The position numbers were made by a program, and so were the translations under genes. Shown here piece after piece: positions 58,828-64,000 of a stretch of DNA of 64,000 nt (positions are counted from its first letter, which is position 1; each line of letters starts with the position of its first letter). A model generated the notes under the pieces. It had not been told where the DNA came from and searched no databases. It saw only the letters and a program-made list of their open reading frames with translations. This DNA is from Candidatus Enterousia sp. Lineage in GTDB: Bacteria > Pseudomonadota > Alphaproteobacteria > Rs-D84. The stretch lies in the NCBI GenBank assembly GCA_045613785.1, contig JAZLBQ010000026.1:64001-128000 (forward strand), read 5' to 3'.

Positions 58828-59651
58828 AGTTTATATCTGCTATCGTTTATAACAATGACGGCCTTGCGACGCAGTTGTTTTAACTGTTGGTCGGCCTGGA
58901 ACATCGCTTGTTTGTATGTTGTGTTTTGTTTAATAACATCGTCCAGATTTTTATATTCATCTGTCTTTTTTGTGCTGCATACCAGCAACACGGAATTATT
59001 TTCTAGTTTTGACCATGTCAGCACAGGCAATCCTACAACTCTTTCACGAACATCAGCGGACAGTTCATATTGCTTTGCTGTAAATTTCTGCGGAATGCCA
59101 CCTAAATCTTCGGCCATTTTAGTAGCCGCTTCACAGGACTTTGGTTTAGTCAGTTTGCTTGCGACATCTGCTGGGATGTCTGTCAGTCGAACAATAGTCA
59201 TCTCAATCGGCAGTCCATGTTCCCGTTCCAGACTTTGTTTTTCATTTTTTATATCTTCTGCCTGAATATCCAGTGTTGGCATAATTGTTCGTGCTACAAT
59301 AATCTGCCATGCGATTTCTGCCCGCAAGGCACTTTTTGCCATTTCTTTTTCAGCGGTTGACAGTTCTCCCAAATTCATTTTTTTCAGTTCTTTATCAACT
59401 ACATCATCGTCAGGGACTGCGTTAAAGTTTTGTGCATAAGCCAACTTTACATTGTCGTCGATAATATTTTGCAGTGCCACACGTCGATTGTCTGTGCCGG
59501 TATAGCCCTGTTTAGTCATCAGTTTTGTTCGCATTGTGATATCTGTATCTGTAATAGGCGTTCCATTTACAGACGCTACGACACTGGCGGCAAACCCTGG
59601 TGTAATTCCCAGCATTGCGAACAAAACAGCAAAAGATTTAAGTTTTAACAT
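58824..59651 (-). CDS. surA: SurA-like periplasmic chaperone (reduced)
   Basis: Signal peptide, ASVNGTPIT, C-terminal LKQLRRKAVI; downstream of lptD. Confidence 0.75.
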   Translation of the reverse strand: MLKLKSFAVLFAMLGITPGFAASVVASVNGTPITDTDITMRTKLMTKQGYTGTDNRRVALQNIIDDNVKLAYAQNFNAVPDDDVVDKELKKMNLGELSTAEKEMAKSALRAEIAWQIIVARTIMPTLDIQAEDIKNEKQSLEREHGLPIEMTIVRLTDIPADVASKLTKPKSCEAATKMAEDLGGIPQKFTAKQYELSADVRERVVGLPVLTWSKLENNSVLLVCSTKKTDEYKNLDDVIKQNTTYKQAMFQADQQLKQLRRKAVIVINDSRYKL

Positions 59652-59669
59652 CTCTCTTTCCTTAGGGTT

Positions 59670-61685
59670 TTAATATTCCTGGCCATTGATTGCCATACCG
59701 AATCTGAATTGGAACGTTGTTGTTCCGACATAGTCTTCTTTGATTGCGTTATCACGTCTGTATTCCACAGACAGATAATAGCATGGGTGCGAATAAAAGA
59801 ATCCGCCAGTATGTCGCTGGAATTGTCCTTGTTCCATATTATAAATTGCGTTCCAACGCACGGCCCATCTGTCTGTCAGTTGTAATCCTGCACCAACGAT
59901 AGCTTCGTTTATATCGGTGTTTTCTGTCAGATCATCACTAAGATTTTGTGACCAGATATGCCCGATATTGAAAAAGTTTTTTGCACTTCCGATTCTGGCA
60001 GATGTTTCCATATGACGCAGTGCCAAATCGTCTTGGTTTAATCTGAATCTGGACGCAACGTTCAACCATTTCATATTGTTATAACTAATCCGCCCGACAT
60101 AGTCTGACAGTCCTTTGTGAAAACCGCTGTTCAAATCACTTTGCAGTTTATCATTAAAGTCATAAGACTGCCCCAGGAAAATTTCCACATTTGTTCCTTC
60201 TTCGTTGAATGCGGCCCAACGAAGACCATAGTCTACATATTTTCCATTTTCCCAAACGTCCAGTCCTGAAAATCGATTGTCTGAAAACAGTGTTGAATCT
60301 GTCAAAATAGTTCCAGCAGAATCATTGTTTTCTGCAAAGACTTCATTGTCCAAATGTCGCATAACAGTGATTCTAGCACGTGGTTCTATAATTTGTGTCC
60401 AGTTATTAGAAGGCTTGAATAATGGCAGTCCCCATTCTAAATATCCGCTTGGCAAAAAGCGATTTTTCATACCAGAAAACACTTCGCCGCCCACCATTTC
60501 TGTATTATCAAAATGATACAAGTCATATCGTGCTGAAACACTGGCGGTCAGTCTGTTGCCACCCCACAATGTCCACGGTGTAGTCAGACGTGCATCACCA
60601 ATCATACGTTGTGCAGCAGTCCCGTCACCTGAAATTCCCAAAACGTCGGCACTGAATGTTGCATACGTTTCGCCGAACAGCGGTGCGGTCTGATGAACGG
60701 CACGTATATTTGGTAAAATATTACCATCTGGGGTATTTTGGTTTCCTGTGCTATCACGCAGTTCCTGGAATATGTGTGCATCTGCTACGACATAACTGCT
60801 TTGTCCAAACAGTTCCAGTTTTGCGCCAGAATCCAAATATGGCTGATCATCATAGAACCCATATTTTTGCAAATAAGTTTTATCTGACGCACGTTCCAAG
60901 AACACAGTTGCACGTGCATATTCGCCCAGTTCAATAACATCATTATTAAAAATATGCCAGCGATTTTCGCCTTCACGATTATGGGTAAAAGATGCACTTG
61001 TTCTGTATTCAGAATGAGGGGCATTTAATCTATGTTCGACTTGGAACAGTGGATTTTCCTGGGTCAGATATGAAAAAGTCCACGTCATATCATGTGTATC
61101 AGACAGTGATATATACAGTGGGAGATTTATCTGAGTTCCCATTTTATTTGTTGATGCAAAATCAGGCATTAAAAAACCTGTTTTATATTTTACACCTGGG
61201 TCAGGCATTTCAAAGTAAGGCAACCATAAAACCGGAATATCATATGTCCGCAGCACCGGGCTGTAAAAACTAAGCATACGAGTATCCATATCGTGGACAA
61301 TTTTATAAGTTGAAATTTTCCAAGCGTCCCCGTATGCATCGCAATCATCGCATGCGGTAAAAGTAGCCTCTCTAGCGATTGTTAAATCACCTTTTCTGGT
61401 AATGTTGTCAGATTCAACATAAACGTGATTTCCCAGCCACAGTTTAATATCATTTCCAGACAGTTCGTCGCCTTGCTGTGTAATATATGAATCTTTCAGT
61501 GTCAATCGCTGTCCAGATTGATTTACGATTTCTGTATTCCCCAGTGTTTTAATAGATTCAGTCTTTACGTCATATTCAATTTTATCGGCAGTTATAGTCC
61601 GTGCTTCGTTCATATCAACAGACAATGCCACCGCATAACTTGTGGTGGCTGCCATAATCGTCAAAAATCCATAAAACTTTTTCAT
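59670..61685 (-). CDS. lptD: LPS assembly protein LptD
   Basis: ITADKIEY, FTAC..C, PVLWLPY, SDKTYL, EPR, NRFSGLD, SDYVG, C-terminal HPC. Confidence 0.93.
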   Translation of the reverse strand: MKKFYGFLTIMAATTSYAVALSVDMNEARTITADKIEYDVKTESIKTLGNTEIVNQSGQRLTLKDSYITQQGDELSGNDIKLWLGNHVYVESDNITRKGDLTIAREATFTACDDCDAYGDAWKISTYKIVHDMDTRMLSFYSPVLRTYDIPVLWLPYFEMPDPGVKYKTGFLMPDFASTNKMGTQINLPLYISLSDTHDMTWTFSYLTQENPLFQVEHRLNAPHSEYRTSASFTHNREGENRWHIFNNDVIELGEYARATVFLERASDKTYLQKYGFYDDQPYLDSGAKLELFGQSSYVVADAHIFQELRDSTGNQNTPDGNILPNIRAVHQTAPLFGETYATFSADVLGISGDGTAAQRMIGDARLTTPWTLWGGNRLTASVSARYDLYHFDNTEMVGGEVFSGMKNRFLPSGYLEWGLPLFKPSNNWTQIIEPRARITVMRHLDNEVFAENNDSAGTILTDSTLFSDNRFSGLDVWENGKYVDYGLRWAAFNEEGTNVEIFLGQSYDFNDKLQSDLNSGFHKGLSDYVGRISYNNMKWLNVASRFRLNQDDLALRHMETSARIGSAKNFFNIGHIWSQNLSDDLTENTDINEAIVGAGLQLTDRWAVRWNAIYNMEQGQFQRHTGGFFYSHPCYYLSVEYRRDNAIKEDYVGTTTFQFRFGMAINGQEY

Positions 61686-62737
61686 TTTTTTGCCAACGCC
61701 ATCAATATCCCTGCCAGTAATAGTCCCAACCCTACGGCCAGCATACCGAACTGAGTTAAACTGCCTATCATATTAGAAGCCGACATATACAACGCCATAA
61801 CCCCTGCCATTGCCGCCACTGCAACCATAGGTGCAAAACTAGTTCTTCTGCGTAACAGCGAAGATTTTAGTAAAATGACAGCACACAAAGCCGCTAAAAT
61901 TATATTCATAATTGGCGACAAGAAACGATTACACAATTCAGTCAGAATCATTTTATGTTGTTTTTTTGTTTCAGCATCAAATGCAATTTTTACTAAATCT
62001 TTGGTTGGGATTCTTCGAACACGGAACGAAGTGTTTTCTTTATCTACAACGTTCAAGTCCATATCAAAGGTTTCAAAAGTTCCTGTTACCATTGTTTCGC
62101 CACTAGCCTGCAACGAGCCATTTGTCATAACCAGTGATAATCCACGGATTGTTGAAACTAATTTACCTTTTTCTGCAAAAATCATACTAGGTGCATCTCT
62201 ATCACGCATATCGGACAACATAACCTGGCTTAAATCATATCCTGAAACCTTGTCAACATATACGACCAATCCATCAGAAATTTCTGTAAAAGCACTTTCT
62301 TGTAATTTCATATGTGCCATACCGTATTGCAGATTCCATTGTGTATCATAGAACAGCGATTGTGATTTAGGCACAATCCAAACATTCAACGCCAAATTCA
62401 ACAAGGTCAACACGATACCCAATCCTAATGCAGGTTTTGCAATTTGTTTGGGCGACAAACCGGATGCTGCCATAACAGTGATTTCATTGTCAGAAATCAT
62501 TTTGTTATACACGAAAATAACAGCAATGAAACAGACGAACGGAACGATAATAGACGCAATAAAAGGAATCATCAATGCGGTCAATCCCAAGAAACTGCCC
62601 ACATCAATTCCGTATTTCAATAAAAACTTCATCATTGACATAATTTGCATCATCCACGCCAGTCCTGTCAGCACCAGCATCAGCATTACAAATATTGCAA
62701 TCAGTTGTTTTATAAAATATCTGTTTAAAATCTTCAT
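61682..62737 (-). CDS. lptF: LPS export permease (LptF/LptG family, LptF-like)
   Basis: MKILNRYF, DNEITVMAASGLS; 3+3 TM layout. Confidence 0.85.
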   Translation of the reverse strand: MKILNRYFIKQLIAIFVMLMLVLTGLAWMMQIMSMMKFLLKYGIDVGSFLGLTALMIPFIASIIVPFVCFIAVIFVYNKMISDNEITVMAASGLSPKQIAKPALGLGIVLTLLNLALNVWIVPKSQSLFYDTQWNLQYGMAHMKLQESAFTEISDGLVVYVDKVSGYDLSQVMLSDMRDRDAPSMIFAEKGKLVSTIRGLSLVMTNGSLQASGETMVTGTFETFDMDLNVVDKENTSFRVRRIPTKDLVKIAFDAETKKQHKMILTELCNRFLSPIMNIILAALCAVILLKSSLLRRRTSFAPMVAVAAMAGVMALYMSASNMIGSLTQFGMLAVGLGLLLAGILMALAKK

Positions 62738-62744
62738 ACTGTTC

Positions 62745-62773
62745 AGTATAAAATATAACTTTTCCCTTTTCAA
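62745..62773 (-). promoter_or_regulatory. Sigma70 promoter 7 nt upstream of the lptF ATG (predicted leaderless)
   Basis: TTGAAA-17-TATACT-7-ATG. Confidence 0.6.
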
Positions 62774-62800
62774 GACTTGTGTGCGGACTTTTATTCTATA

Positions 62801-62825
62801 AAAAATCCCCCGACAAGGGGGCTTT
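62801..62825 (-). terminator. Terminator after the OmpA-family gene
   Basis: CCCCC-GACAA-GGGGG with an A run (T run on minus strand). Confidence 0.6.
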
Positions 62826-63507
62826 ACCGTGCAGGTGCAATTCGCAATTCAACCCGTCGATTAGTAAGGCGGCCAATATCATCTTGTGCTGCGATTGGTC
62901 GTGCAGATCCACGCCCAACGATAAACAACCTTGTTGTATTTATGCCTTTTTCAGAAAAATAGACCCCGACACGCTGTGCCATATCCAATGATAATGCGTT
63001 TGCAGCATTTGTATCACGCATTGCATCTGTATAACCAGCGATTTCGATAAATGTAGCGTTGTATTTTTTCAAGATTTTTACGATTGTATTCAGTGTATCA
63101 TCGCCTGTGATAGAAATGTCTGCGATATTCAGTTCCATAATCGCATCACGAACTAAAATAACTACAACGTCTGTTCCTGCACGCTGAACAGAAATTCCTG
63201 GTTTTCTCAGTGCGTCATATAACGCAAATTCCAGTTCTGCCATATATTTTGTTGCTATTGCATTGTCGTTTGCAATTTTGTCGCCATATTCCATTTCGTC
63301 AGGCACCTTGACAGTTCCAGAAATCAATTCTCCGCCCGCTCCCAGATAAACAGGTCGCTTTGCCACCCTTGACATTTCGGTCATATCTGTAAAACTTGCC
63401 CCATTTAAATAATTGCCCCAGGTATATCTAGGCGGGCTAGAATAAGGTGCACACGCCACAGTGGCACACGACAAACAAAATAATAAAAATAAGTTCTTTA
63501 ACTTCAT
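62824..63507 (-). CDS. OmpA-family lipoprotein (divergent)
   Basis: Lipobox VAC; IAGYTD, GRGSARPIA, NRRVELRI. Confidence 0.85.
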   Translation of the reverse strand: MKLKNLFLLFCLSCATVACAPYSSPPRYTWGNYLNGASFTDMTEMSRVAKRPVYLGAGGELISGTVKVPDEMEYGDKIANDNAIATKYMAELEFALYDALRKPGISVQRAGTDVVVILVRDAIMELNIADISITGDDTLNTIVKILKKYNATFIEIAGYTDAMRDTNAANALSLDMAQRVGVYFSEKGINTTRLFIVGRGSARPIAAQDDIGRLTNRRVELRIAPAR

Positions 63508-63966
63508 TTATTCAATGACAAACGCAACCTGATTTGTGTTTGAATCAAAACAATTATCTGTCAGTCCTGTTTCAAAACCGTTTACCAGCATTGCGGTTGC
63601 CCATTTTGGTTGTTTTGCAGAAAAATATTCACATTCATCTGACGATAAATCGACCAGATTTATTGAAAAAGTTTTTCCATCTGCACTGGATTCGACAGAC
63701 CAGTTATCGCCACCCAATGGTGCTTTATCAGATTGCAACGCACCTGCTTTTATCAGATAGTCAATAGAAACCCCCTCATAAGTGCCACGCATTTCCAGCA
63801 ACAGTTTTGTGTTTTGTGCGATTTGTTCCAATTCTGCATCAGCAATGGTTCGGATTTGGTTTGCTCGTATCATATTATATATACCCAAACTAGCGACCGT
63901 CATAACCCCGGCGATTGCCATAACACCGATAACTTCGATTAAAGAGCGTCCAGATTCATTGTTCAT
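63508..63966 (-). CDS. Type IV prepilin-like protein (PilS-like C-terminal domain)
   Basis: MNNESG|RSLIEVIGVMAI class III signal with Glu+5; PLGG..W.V...F.I.L..LS..EC; two Cys. Confidence 0.82.
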   Translation of the reverse strand: MNNESGRSLIEVIGVMAIAGVMTVASLGIYNMIRANQIRTIADAELEQIAQNTKLLLEMRGTYEGVSIDYLIKAGALQSDKAPLGGDNWSVESSADGKTFSINLVDLSSDECEYFSAKQPKWATAMLVNGFETGLTDNCFDSNTNQVAFVIE

Positions 63967-64000
63967 TATTTTACCCCCACTATTTCTGCATTTTCGAACA
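63966..64000 (-). CDS. Probable 3' end of an upstream gene coupled to the pilin
   Basis: ...FENAEIVGVK* with TAATG stop/start overlap; runs off the window. Confidence 0.3.
   Translation of the reverse strand, partial: FENAEIVGVK

Overview
Gene-dense, AT-rich chromosomal segment of a Gram-negative bacterium. It is most consistent with a genome-reduced alphaproteobacterium (alpha-type SspB, RpoH, rpmI-rplT-pheS-pheT, rsmG-parA-parB, lptF-lptD-surA); an uncultured gut lineage such as Rs-D84 is my unverified guess. About 62 housekeeping and envelope CDSs and 4 tRNAs were identified, with no rRNA, CRISPR, transposase or integrase. The window probably covers the partition/origin region at 32-34 kb. 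Main points of interest: (1) a ParB with altered specificity residues next to 16-bp sites intermediate between parS and the Noc-binding site; (2) a 16-bp RCCGGY-N4-RCCGGY motif concentrated around parAB; (3) a dispersed, apparently domesticated type IVB pilus system, with a PilO-PilP-ATPase-PilR cluster, a distant Arg+1 pilin and an orphan VirD4; (4) two tandem paralogous unknown proteins; (5) a MetRS with a PheT-B2-like C-terminal domain; (6) a tRNA-Val with a compensatory A19:U56 elbow; (7) several predicted leaderless genes and many split operons. All family assignments come from motif recognition by eye; no searches were run.
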